DNA of 64,000 nt from Chlorokybus atmophyticus. Its lineage: Eukaryota > Plantae > Mesostigma and Chlorokybus algae. Location: assembly GCA_009103225.1 (NCBI GenBank), contig RHPI01001020.1, positions 68,905 to 132,904 of the forward strand. Reading direction: 5' to 3'. The position numbers and the translations under genes were made by a program. Numbering within the stretch: the stretch's first letter is position 1; each line of letters begins with the position of its first letter. Of the stretch, positions 1 to 12,902 are shown piece by piece. The notes under the pieces were generated by a model, which worked only from the letters and a program-made list of their open reading frames with translations, searched no databases and was not told the DNA's origin.

Positions 1-3000
1 AAGAGTGGAAATCCGTCGTCATCCTCACGCCCGCACAGCAAGCTGCCTTGGAACAGCGTAATGCCCCCGTGCTAGAGCGCTACTTTTAGGAGTCTCTTTG
101 ATTCCTAATTGCCAACATGTCGAGTCACATCCCGGTCAACATCGCATGCCTAAAAATGGGAACTTCTAGACCACAACAGGGTTCACACACCGCTGGGCAC
201 TCGGGTTGATTGAAGAACATCAGCGAGTACAGCTGCTACGACAGGTGATGCGCCAGAAGCTACAACAACCTCCCCCAGCCGGCGTCAACTTTTGAGCTCT
301 GCTCGACAAGCACCACAACACCGACAATCGTGCGCACTTGCTCGCCTTGTTGTTCGCTCACCATCCCCTATACCCTTGCGTTTCTTCCGCTCTTGCCCGA
401 AGTGGCTTCATGCTTTTGCCCGCTCAGTCCGGCAAGCATACGATGAGGTGGCAACCCTAGTCGACATAGACGCACCCAACGGGGTGGCTAAGGCCATTGC
501 CCACTTGTCTCGGCCGGAGTATGCATGGCAGATTGATCGCGTCACCGCCGCTCGCGACATTCGCTGGGCTCACCACGACACGCAAGGCACGCTGTGAGCC
601 AGAGCAATGGTCATCCTCGATGTGGGCCTCACCAATAATCGTTGGGATGCATGCAATCGCAATGTGCTGGGAGCAACCGTTGCCAACGACACCCGTGAGA
701 TGCTGATGAGAGCTTTTTATCTACCGATGCTAAAAATAGAGCTGTACGAGGACCACCACTATGAATTGACTGCCACGTGGGAAGGCATGATAATTTGGAA
801 GGCGGCCCACGCATGTCTCTTCAGGGCAGCCAGGTTCACAATGAGACAGCTCCTCCTCCAACACCAGGGATGAATGCTCCATACGTCCCGCGCCCAGCCT
901 CATCATCATCATCACCTGCTCCGTCTTCCTCGACGCGCGAGGCTTTCCACCCAAGAAGAGGCATGGTCGCACGGAGAGTGCCGCCGCATCCACCAGTTCT
1001 TAACGACAGCACTGCATATCGGTCTAACGGCCGTACCCAGGTCAATGCCAATGTGGACAACCTCGAGAAGCACATGCTGATCAACGGACGCGCACCTGGA
1101 CATGTCATATTGGATGGCGGAGCGCAGCTAGTGTTCGTGGGCAGATACTTTGTTCGGAGCTTCGGCATCGATCCCACCAATTTAAACCCCTGCCCATTCT
1201 CTTTCAGCACTGTCCTCGACAACGAACACGGAACACTCGCAAGAAGGCGTGCCCCATCACGCTGGTTGGCCTCAACCGTTCACACCACAGAGTGTACACA
1301 GCGTATGGTGGTCACCGACTCCCGCGACTACGACCTCAGTTTTGGGCAGGACTTCAGCTTCGTTGTCAGCATCGGCACTGACAGACGGACGGCAAAAGCT
1401 TGATTTTGGCCGCAATGGCGCAATGGCGCGCGCAATGTTAAAGGCTACCTACCGGTTGACTTTGTGCTCGCCTCAGGCTCGCAGCGACATATAGCAGCAG
1501 TGGGTCTTACCGGCACCGGTCGCATGCCCTATAGGGTAGCTACGACAATGCTGACGCAGCAGCCACCTTAAAGGTGGCCTTGCAGGATCTTGCAGAGCGA
1601 TGTAACGACGCGTTGATCACGACGTATTAGCTGCTTCAGCAACACCACGCACCCACACGATCACCAATCATTGTGGCGCTTAATACCATTCATGAGCAAT
1701 TTATTATAGCCACCGGCGTGGTCGAGTTTCACACCTGTTGCCGGCAACAAGGTATCACACTCGTTGAGCTGTTCGGAGGGTCGGCAATGGCTTGGCAGTC
1801 GTTTTGAAGACCGGTGCTAAAATCAACCATTACCACTACTGTGACCCTGACCATGTAGCACAGACGTCGGTGCATCATCACCTACGCCAACTGCATGACC
1901 GCTACCCACAACAGCTTCCATTGTCAGCCCTGCAAGGCAGCTTAAAAGCTCTGCCACAGGGCATTCGGCTGATAATTGAAGACCATTTGCGGGCTCTCAG
2001 CAACGTAAATTTTTCAACTGCAAACTGAGAGTGTCAGGGCCATTCGCGAGCTGGCATCAGATGCGGCTTGCAAGGCCCCAATTCCGGTCTGCTTTGAGAA
2101 CCAATGCAAGTTATACACCTACTGCAGCACCACCGGATCCGCAGACCCCTAGCCTACATTGTGGAGAATGTGCACTCCGGCGCCGAGGCGAAGCAACGTG
2201 CAGCAAGACTTCTGCATGGTCTGTTCAAACTTATGCCACCCAACGAAGGTCAACGCCGCACGCCATGGCTCACGCGCGCATCGCATTTGAGGCAAGTGGA
2301 CAAACCTGGCCACCATGGAAGAACTCAGCCTGGCAACCCACTGTTCGGCCACGCGATGAATAACTTGTTGGCCGATGATATTCTCGATCCCGGCCGCACG
2401 TTGCAACCAGTTACCAGCCTTGACCACAAACACTTCTACCCTTGCAATTAACCTGGCGATCCTCGTCGCGTACTGCCAACTTTTGTATTACACCATACTT
2501 TCTATGCCTTCCGCGACAATGGCGATGGCATGGTCTTTGACATCGCCATTAGCAAGCTGGACAAATTAAATACTTGAAGCGAGATCGTGCCATGGGCTTC
2601 TACGCAGGCAGCATCACCAGTTGCGTGGTCACAGCATGGTGTGGCTTTAAGAGATGTATTTCGCGATGCAAAATCAACATGTGACTTTAGAGGATCTGGA
2701 ATACATGTTTGGGTGGTATGCTGATCGCCCACAGGGCACCGTTCAAGCCCACAATGCAATGGAGACAGCCTTCATAAAGGAACAGGCGGCAGTCACGGTG
2801 GAAGACATTTCTGTCACAGCTACGGCAACTTCTTGGGACCACGCCATTGGACCCCTGGCTACATGAAACATTAAGACAAAGCTGGAGACTCTGCTGAACA
2901 AGTGGAGACAACAACTCAGTTCCAATGTTCAGGAACTGGGCAAGTGCTCAATATACCAGATGGACATTGAGCTGATTAACGACGAGCCCATGTTTCGGCG

Positions 3001-5900
3001 CTGATACAAGCTCCCCAAGCTAGAGGAAGACTTGGTGGACCAGTGCTGCCAAGCACTCGTGGAGCTAGGACTCATCGAGGAGTCAGCATCCAACTTCGCT
3101 GCTGCTATTGACATGCCTTTGAAGAAGGACTCCAAAGGCAACTGAAAAGAACGGCGTATGCGTGGCGAATATTGGCCACTCAACATTAAGATCAAACAGG
3201 ACAAGTATCCCACGCCCGCTGTCGAAGGGAATCTCGACAACATCAGGTCATGCACAATGTTCAGCATTTTCAACATGCGGCAAGGCTACAATCAGATCCT
3301 GATTTAGGAAGAAGACAAGCAGAAGACTGCCTTCAGGGGCAACCGGCAACCGTACCACTGAAAGGTCCTGCCATTGGGGCTGAAGATTGCTCCAGCCAAA
3401 TTTCAATGCGTGATGCACAAGGCGCTGAAGGGATGCGCCTTCGCGCGATGCTACGTCAATGATATCCTCATTTTTAGCGAGACCGCAGAGTATCACCTGC
3501 TTCACATCGAAGAGATGTTGCGGCGAGTGCAGGCTGTTGGCAAGACAGTCCACCCCGACAAGTGCATCTTCTTCACTCATAAGGTGCCCTACCTTGGGCA
3601 CATGATCGTCCCCAACGGCGTATACACTCGCGTCCATTCAAGGTCACACCAATCTCACATGGTTGCGAGCTTTCCTCGGCCTCGCCAACTATGATCGACG
3701 CTTCATAAAAGACTTTGCCATGATCGCTTGTCCTCTTAAGGAGCTGCTCAAGAAGGAGACAGCATTGGAGTGGACCGAGGCACAACAGAACGCTTTCGTT
3801 AAGTTGAAGAATAGGCTCGCGACGCCCCCGACACTGCAGCATCCGAACTGCAGCAAGCCGTGCGTAATGCACACAGTTTGGAGCAAGCTTGGCATGGGTG
3901 CCGTGCTAATACAGCACAATGAGCAAAAGAAGGAGCGTATGGTCTCGTACGCCAGCCGCAGTAACAACAGCGAAGAGACCACTTGCAGTAGCTATGAGGG
4001 AGAGTGTCTCGCTGCCGTCACGGTGTGGGCAATCCTCTTCTTTCGGCCCTTGCTCTTTGCTCGTCAATTCAAGCTTATCACCGACCAGTAACCCTTGCGC
4101 TGATAGACGACGAATCAGCACCTAACCGGCAAGCTTGCAAGGTGGGCTCTGCTGCAAGAGTATGACTTTGCAATCGAGCACCGGGCCGACCTCGCCAACC
4201 AAGACGCCGACGGGCTCAGCCGCAATCCTTATCTGTCTACCAACAATGCCACAGGAGCAAGACACGAGCTGGGTCTCCCAGCCCCTGCGCCACATCTGGC
4301 TACTATGTTCGTTGTAGCAGCATTGAGCTCAGGACGCGCCACCTTTGGCAAGGGAGTAGTCACTACCGCCCCATTGAACAATGAGGACAGCAGCGATGAG
4401 GGGCTGTACGACGGTATGCCAACACCCGAGACCTGCATCCCGGCGACAGCCCCCTCGGCCATGCCAGCTTCTTGCAGGCTGGACATCGGGCTGGACGCCC
4501 ACTGCATTATTAATCGAAAAACCACTGTCCTACCTTCAGGCCTTAGCGCATGAGAGGGGGGCCGCGTCAACTAGCGCTGCAAACATTATCGCTGGGAAGA
4601 CGGCTTTCTCTATCACCGCAACCAAAGGGAGGACAAGGAGGTGCCCGCACTTTACCTACACGAAGGCATCATCTCCACTCTGCACACGGAGCTTGGTCAT
4701 TTTTGCGCAAACGGACTGTCGACCTTGACCGTGCGCAGTACTGGTGGCACGGGTTGTACACGCAGATTTGCACTTTTGTGGGCAACCGCTCACAATGCGA
4801 CCTCGTGCGCGCCAGTCTTAATACTAGGAGCGTCACCCTACGACCGTACCCATCACAAGCATATTCTACCGTTGGAGCCTGGACATCCTCGGCGATCTGT
4901 CCCCTTCAGCCGAAGGCAACAAGTACACTCAAGTGATCATTGAGCACTTCTTCTCTAAATGGGTGGAGCTGGTACCCCTACCCGACAAAAGCAAGGGGGT
5001 AGCTCAAGCTTTCTCGATTGCGTTCTCAATCGCTTTGGCTCGTGCGCCGAGGTACTCACTGATCAGGGCTTGGAGATTGGAGGCAAGTTCAATATATTGC
5101 TGGACCACGTGTACATCAATCACCGACGCACTTCTTGTGATCACCCTCAAGCCGATGGCCTCGCACAGCGAGCTGTCCAAACTATTATGAAAGCCCTCCG
5201 TAAGTACGTCGTTGTGCACTAGAAGCGCAGCCAGGACGACTACTTGCCTTGAATTGCTCTCGGCTATCACCTCTCCAAGCATGCGGCACTGCGGCAATGC
5301 AACCCCTACCATCTGCTCCTTGGACGCGAGCTTCTCCTTCCGTTCCGCGCACACCGAAGTCAAGCGCGTATTGAACAACCTCGACGACCCCGACCAGATG
5401 CATTGGGACTTGCTGGCCCGCGCCGAGCTGTTGAAGCATCTCATCCCCATGGCGTTGGGCAACTTACGCACAGCCCAGCAACGTGACACGCATGGCTATG
5501 AGCGGGTGCGCAATGGCTTCTACAAGCAGCGCAGTCGCAGGTTCGAGATCGGTGATTCTGTGTGCCGTATAACGAAGACTCAGGACACCCTGGATATCAG
5601 TGTCCGCCGTACCAACTACAAGGTACTGAAGGTGCTGCCCTCGGGAGTGTTGGATCAGCTAGGACAAGACGGCGTCCGTGTGAAGGACAACATGGAAAAC
5701 TGCGCGCCTTGCCATCTGCCACACGTCACTGATTTTGCCGTCGTTCAACACCCTCGTCCTCTCCGCAGCCTACGGTGCGAGACGTCTGTGCCACGACAAC
5801 CTTACAGCCTACACCTTGGACAGCCTGCTCGAGGTCGTCTTTCCCTCGAGGACACCCGGCCCAACAAGACCTCTCTCTATTATATAAAACACATGCAAGA
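1..5900 (+). mobile_element. Decayed Ty3/gypsy LTR retrotransposon (gag-PR-DNMT-RT-RH-INT order); 5' end probably outside the window, no LTR recognised
   Basis: Protease-like ILDGGAQLVFVG (~1105-1140); RT KKDSKGN*KERRM..Y.PLN and degenerate YVND (3120-3470); RNaseH FLGLANYDRRFIKDFA and ASRS...SSYEGECLA (3663-4020); integrase H-x4-H/W-W-x-G-L and HPQADGLA (4670-5170). Many stops and frameshifts. Confidence 0.9.
1750..2700 (+). pseudogene. C5 cytosine methyltransferase domain embedded in gypsy pol (disrupted)
   Basis: Reading across frameshifts: motif I GITLVELFGG; motif IV TAN*ECQGHSRAG (cf. AGWPCQGHSRAG); motif VI AYIVENV; motif VIII GSRAHRI*GKWTNL; motif IX-like RDRAMGF. Confidence 0.8.
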
Positions 5901-6633
5901 CCAAAACGGGTGTCCATGCCTATCAACCACACTTAAAAACTGCTAAGCACACACACAGCGCACAAAACACAGCGTACAACAGTGCAGCACTAACTGCCAG
6001 CTTCAGCAGCCCCAGCAAGTGCCGCTTCCGCCACCGCCGTGAGTATCGCTGGCTGTAAAGGTGCCCACCATGCATAGAACACGCTAGAAGCACGATTGGT
6101 ACATAGCATGCAGGCAACCGCAACCATTGGTACGTTCACCACCGGGCTCACCTTCTCTACCTGAGCTACCACAAACACCACTCTGTGCGTACGATATCAA
6201 TGACATGCATGTATGGCATCAGCGCGGTATGTGCAGACGATTTCGGCCATCAGGTGTAGAAGGTTGCTATGGAGTGGACATCAAACAAATAAGATGGGCA
6301 GCATGAGAGAAGGCATTGCAAGAGCAGCTGATTGTTCACTTCCGCAGTTGACAGCCACTCTGTGCAGGAAAGAGGACTTGCTTTATAATCTTATACATTG
6401 ATCCTGTTTCCTGGAAAGAGGCGGTGTGCTTGAGATTGAACATAAATGGCAGCGTTACAAAATCCTACAAAGCACAAGCAACACCTCTGGTAGCAAGTTA
6501 CATAGAGGTTGCCAACGACCTGTTCACCACTATAGACAAAGCATGCGTGGGGAAGTACCAGTGGTACTGTACCACGTATGTGTTCGTGATGCCTCTATTG
6601 GAGCCGAGGAGCCCCACGCCTGTAGTGCGCACA

Positions 6634-8577
6634 CTACCTGCGGTGGCGGCGCTGCTTTCGCATGTGCTTTGCATAGTGCGCGGTGTAGAAGCCCGCATGG
6701 TACCACGCCAGCAGCAGCTCGGCTAGATGAGGGTCGTCCGGTAGCGTCGACGGCAGAAGGTGAAGTGCTGCCTTGGGCAGCGTAGCGCCATCTGGACACC
6801 CCAACCACGTTGTATGAGCGCGGCGAGCACCATATGTATGTGCGCATGCTGTGTACGTGTGCACACATGGTTGCATGCACATGTCCAAGTCTGCATGCAT
6901 GCGCACGAAAGCCAATGCATGTCCTTGTGTATGCGTGTGGGCATTTGAGTCAGTGTACATGTTGGCGTGCAAGCATAAGCCCGTGTGACTCAGTCCCATG
7001 CAAGCACTCACTGCTAGCCAACTCCCAGATAGGCCAACAGTGAGTAACAGATTGACTCACAACTCCAGTACCTGCTGCATATAGGCCATCCGGCTGGGCC
7101 ATATCGCCACCATAAGGCGGCATGCTGAGCTCGGCGGGTGGGTACGCCGGGTTGATGCTGGGCGGGAAAGCATCATAGGGAGGTATGGGTGGCACATCAT
7201 ACCCATATTCGTAGGGTGGGTAGGGCAGCCCCGGCGGGTACACATAAGAGCGGTATGGCTGAAAGCCCGGGTCAGGCATGAGGTACGGGTAGGACAAATA
7301 GCCCGGGTAAGGTGGGTAGGGTGGGTATGGCGGTGGATAACACGGGTAGTCGCCAGGGTACGGGTACGGCGGTTGCGGCCCGTAATAATCCGTCTGGCTT
7401 GTTGACGGGTCCGTTGGCGGTGGTGCAGCTTCACCTCCATACTCTGCATTCCCTAGCGCTGCGGCATCTTGCGACCTGCATTGTGAATTGTTGTACGGAC
7501 TTTGCAAGTTGTCCTCCATGTGTTGCGCAGCGGCCTGGTGGTACGCCCTGCAAGCAACATGCACAATGTGTTTATGATGGCGCCCACCTTGCCAACAAGT
7601 TGGACTGGTTAAAGCCAGATTGTAAGTTGACTCTGGTGAATGACTAACTGCAGCTGATTGCAACCATGCAAAAGGCATGCAAGCATGAACTAGACTTGAC
7701 TCACGAGACAGTGTCAATGCACGCATGGATATGTTCGTGATGTGCACTCACTCAGCGACATTTGTAATCAAACAACACTCCCAAACAACACTCCTTTCGC
7801 TCTCTCACCTTTCGCTTCTGCCAAGTGAGGCGTAAGGGCCCTCCGATGAGGACTGCTCTTCTTCGCCATGCATGTCAGCGACGGCTGCGGATCTACTCTG
7901 CGAAGCGCTGTGCGTTTCGTCTTTTGACACGGCCTCGTCATTTTCATCATCTTCATCATCGAAGTCGCCCTCGCCGGGGGCGACGGGATCATCCGATACG
8001 TTACTGCGCCAGGAGGGGCTTTCCGCACTGCTGCGAGAGCAAAGGTTGGATTATGACATGCCCTGTCCTGTACACTGCAACGCGCATTGTGCAGTGTTGC
8101 GTGTGCCATAGTGACAATGCCCAAACTTGCTGTAGGTTCGATTCCAACAAAGTGCTTTCGTGAGTGTGTATGTTGGACTGTGAAACCAATCACGTCTCAA
8201 AGTACTACCTGAGGTAGTATGCGCTGTCATGTCAAGTGTTTTTATGTATGTCTTTTATGCGACCTGTTTGCTGAAAATGAAAGTCCGCACTGTGTGTATG
8301 AAAGTTTGGAGTACAGCCGAGTCGAGTGGTGTGGTTACCTGTGGTCTGGAGGGCAGGGGGAGGCGGCGTCGACGGGACAGGTGGCGGTCTCGCCGCTGTC
8401 GGCGTCCCCGCCGCCGTGCATAAGGTCATACCTGCGCACGGCGGCGTGGTAGGCGCGCACCAGGGCGGTGTCGTCCCAGGAAGCCTTCATGGTCGCCCCC
8501 TGCTTCTGCTGCGACTGCTGCCTGTGCTGCTCTCCCGGAGACACCACCGCAGGCGCCTCATCAGGCCTGCCCACCAT
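6634..8577 (-). CDS. SMN: Survival motor neuron (SMN)-like protein, multi-exon; start at 8577 or 8490
   Basis: N-terminal WDDTALVRAYHAAV (Gemin2-binding motif), Pro/Tyr-rich middle (7100-7450), C-terminal YG-box LAELLLAWYHAGFYTAHY, TAG stop at 6634-6636. Confidence 0.8.
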
Positions 8578-10181
8578 GTCTACAACCTTACCAACCCCTT
8601 TACCCCTTTATCCCTACCCCGCCTCCTCCCCGTCGTTCTCCTCCTCCACCGCCGCCGCCGCCGGCAAACCCTACTCGTCTGTCAGAAGTGCGCTTTTTTG
8701 CCGACAGTGGCAGCGACCAAAATATCTAGCGCGGGACCGTTAGGCGTTGTCAGTTGCCGACAGGTGCTTACCAGGTCAATCGCATCTTCATCAACTCCCT
8801 TATAAAGGCGCTCCCAATGATGACTGCGTAGGCCACGCATACCTCATCATGAGCTATCCCTTTTCCTGTACCAGTATGTGTCAGCTGTTCAGTTGCATTG
8901 TACTACCATGATGATAGTCTACCGGTAGGTGTTGCAAATACCCCTCGGCAGCAGAGGGATATTTGGCTCGGCACAGAGTTCATTCGTGTCACGCATAGCA
9001 TGATAGGTTAGTGGAGGAAGTTACTACTGATGTTGATTACGTCCTGTTGTCGACTGTGTAAAATCCGCTAAGCTGGCAGCTTGGAAAACTTGCAGGCTGT
9101 AGCATGTGCTTTTCTTGAGTAGTATAGGCTTTAGTTGCTTGACAATTGCTCACATCATACTACAACTACAGGAATATGTGCCGGTGAATGACTTACATGC
9201 ATGAATGCATGTGTGTGAGCTTACGGCAGCTATTTTCAAGTCATATCAATGTCCGATGTGCGATGTTACTCAGCAAAAACAGCCTGTGACAGTGGACTAT
9301 ATGTGTACTGAAAAACAAAGACGCTATTGTATTGTTGATATAGCCGGAACAAAACTTGTGAATAAAACCAAACATTTGTCAATGGACTGCACGCATGAAT
9401 AAAGCTACGAGTGTCTTATATAATTGTGTACATGTGCAATAAACATCTGAATCATTCAGCAGTAATTGTCAATAACAATCAATACCTGAACTCAATGCTG
9501 ATACTGCTAGATTTAAGTGCATAATCACACCATTAACGCGTAGCACAACCATAATAAAACATGTCCAATGCTTTACCTTGTGTTAATCAGTATGTATGTC
9601 GTACATTTATTGATAATAACGAGACACTGCAATTTCAACATTTGTAGCTTCAGAAGCTACAAGCACTTGTAATGTAATAAGTTAAATGTCGTGTTACATA
9701 TTTATATGTAATACATTATGTGGTTCGTATATACAACATCTATTACATTGATGTTAATATAATAACTTATCGTGCATTACACAAACTGACGGTTAAATGC
9801 CTCATCCTATAATTGATATGAGTAACGTTTGTGAAGAGTATACACATTAACCATGTATGATGTACCACATGATGCACATTTCTCATATTAAACTTAAGTA
9901 TCAGCATTTAATATAACATCAACATCTCAACTACAGATTTGCTTAAGCTAATATATAATACTTCCGTCAAGCAATTTGTGGATTAGTACTATTCTTAGTA
10001 AGGATAAAGATAAGATAACGATAATGATATTCGAAACATCTTACGCCATACATTTACAAGTACATGCAACGGGGCTACAATTCTCACACATAAAATCGTT
10101 AAAAACAAGTGGCCCACTTACTATGGTATGTTGTACCCGGAGTACGACATAAGTGAAGGTTGTAGGATGCTGAGAGGCGGG

Positions 10182-10427
10182 NNNNNNNNNNNNNNNNNNN
10201 NNNNNNNNNNNNNNNNNNNNNNNNNNNNNNNNNNNNNNNNNNNNNNNNNNNNNNNNNNNNNNNNNNNNNNNNNNNNNNNNNNNNNNNNNNNNNNNNNNNN
10301 NNNNNNNNNNNNNNNNNNNNNNNNNNNNNNNNNNNNNNNNNNNNNNNNNNNNNNNNNNNNNNNNNNNNNNNNNNNNNNNNNNNNNNNNNNNNNNNNNNNN
10401 NNNNNNNNNNNNNNNNNNNNNNNNNNN
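10182..10427. other. Assembly gap (N run)
   Basis: N characters flanked by G-rich sequence. Confidence 1.
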
Positions 10428-11516
10428 GGGGGGGAGGGCCAGGATGCATGCACACACTTATTACTTAAGGTTGCTTGAACTTGTGTCCTTTTATCCCTCA
10501 TTGGTATGCAATGCCTGCCCGTCTTGCATTGCATTGCACATAGTTAAAACCCCTTACAAAGCCCCTTGAGGATAGGGTAATTGGGTGAGGAGGTTTTGGC
10601 AGTGCATGCGTGCGCGTATAAGCAAATGCCTACACGCGTGTGTTTGAGTGTCTGCGCGTGTGTGTCTCTGCATGTGCGTGTGGGTGTGCGTGTGTGCGTG
10701 CGTGCATACGTGTGCAGATGGGCGAGTGCGTGCGTATGCAAGTACAAATGCTTGTGTGTGTGCGTGTTTGTCATAAGGTTACATTGTATGCTTTATTGCT
10801 TAATGCACTGTAGTTCGAAGCTGAATAGGAACTCCATTACATAACACACAAGGTTGCTATTAAGCAAACTCCAAGAGTGAGTGCAATGCAGTAGGGCACA
10901 AGCAGATAGCAAGCACGCAGCAGACATGCAGACAAGTGCACATTCTGCTGATCTTGATCTGCCATACTTGCCTGTCCTATCTTGCACATACTTGCACATA
11001 ACAATCAGCCCCCATAATTGTTTTTTGCGTTGTTGGGGTCATCGTGCCATATTGGTTAGAGGCAGCTGGCATGATATGTCGCAGAGGTTTGAGTATATTG
11101 TTTCGTATATATCCACCACGTATTGCAATGACCGTTTATGTCATACTTTGTACCAACACCCATGCCTATTACATGCACAACACGGCCACAATGCTGCCAC
11201 ACACATCACGGCGTGTCCTATGCTTGTCGTCTACACTAGCTTTCTTATGTGGTTGCTAGGTAAAAGTTGGGATGCAAAGATATGAAATTAGACTTGATAA
11301 TTTCCGCGACCCTCCATTTTGCCCTACAGATGTACATTATGTGTGTAACAGATGCACAATATTGCTGCAATCGCACATGGCAGCATACACCTTGTGGATA
11401 TTGCTAAACTAGTCCACATAACACTTTGCCACAATACACCATCCCATATCTTAATGTTAAAATAACGTAGATGTCGTTACACCCTTGCATTCATTCTTAC
11501 TATGCTAATTAGCATC

Positions 11517-12041
11517 TGTAATGGGAGCAATGTTAATAGGGGTATTATTGCTACCTAACTAACACATTTTGTATGAATAAGTATCTAAATATCCTTATTT
11601 ATACCTCGTTTCTAACATTCCTCGCTTGTTAAAGGCTATAATGCTTTGTCATAGCTCAAATAAGTCCCAATGGATATAGAACCGCTTATTCAAGCCTATT
11701 TAATGTCACATTTGATAAAATGTGGTGACCATCTCGTTAGGTACCTTACGATAGGTATCTTTCGATAGGTACCTTACCGCTAGGTACCTCATCTGAGCTG
11801 TAATTGTCTCACGCTAGATTTCGTAACTACCCTATCTGTAGGGTCGATGTCTAGTTGTGAGTTAAGTATCGAGAGGTATATTTGATATACTCTTAATATA
11901 AAAGGTCACATTAAACTGATGTGAGGGACTTTTAGTCCTCTGCTCAGTGGCGGCCACGCCGCTGAAAGGCTTGTCATAGGCGGTGTGGGTGTTGGGGTAG
12001 AGGATTGAAGGGGCATCACCGGCGACGGTGGTGCTGTTACA
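11517..12041 (+). repeat. 5' LTR (525 bp)
   Basis: tgtaatggg...gttaca, aligns with 17974-18493. Confidence 0.95.
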
Positions 12042-12902
12042 TTGGTATCCAGGAGCTGGGGGGTGACGTGGGTACTTGTAGGGGGCGGCGACCTGCTTTC
12101 GGCCAATTGAAGGCGTCGGCGGCGGCCTCTTATTCGTCCACGCAGCCCAAGCTTCAAGTTAGCTTCCCTGAGCTACCTCCACATTGAAGCCACCCAGCAA
12201 AGAGGCGGCTTCTCCATGTGTGAGGTACCATCACACACGTCGGTGACTTGCCTGCTGCTTGCCAGCTGCTTGCCAGGTGCACGTGTGTATTTTCATGCAC
12301 ATCATTCAGTGACTTGCCAGTGCATAAGTGCGGCTTGCTGGTGTGCCATCATTGCTTGTTACACTTAGTGCACTATCATTGCTTGCAATGATTGCCTGTT
12401 ATTGTGCTTGCCAGTGCATGTCACAGTTAGTCACTATACGGCTTGCCTGTTGCATGCATGTGGCTTGCATGTTGCATGCCTGTGACGTACCTGTGACCTG
12501 CCAGCTGCTTTTCTGGGTTGCTTGACCCGGGTCCGCAAGTTCCGAACCAAGCTGTTCTCAAACCCTCCCCTCTGGCTTTGGCCTGGAGATCGGGACTTGG
12601 TAAGGACAGTTTTGGTGAAGTTCTAGGACACTCTGTTCCCAAACTCTGTTAGTCTAAAACCCTCCCCCTCTGGCTTCGGCCTGGAGATTGGGACTTGGTT
12701 GAGGTCAACACAGGGTTGGGACATTCTGGTCCCATTCAGACTTGTTCTGTTTGGTAACACTCCAGATCCAACCTTTCTCATCTCTGAGACTGAGCTGGAC
12801 TTTGTTTGGAGATTTTACAACTTGGGGTCTTATTGATCCTCTCGTTGAACTTGGTCCATTGGTGAGGTTCTCACCATTCCATTTTGCCTATTTTGCAGAC
12901 AA

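Noticed and set aside
5923-6726. Short ORFs between the gypsy element and SMN
   Set aside because: No motif or splice support; probably 3' flank or TE debris.
10041-10534. Long ORFs spanning the N gap
   Set aside because: Artefacts of undetermined bases.
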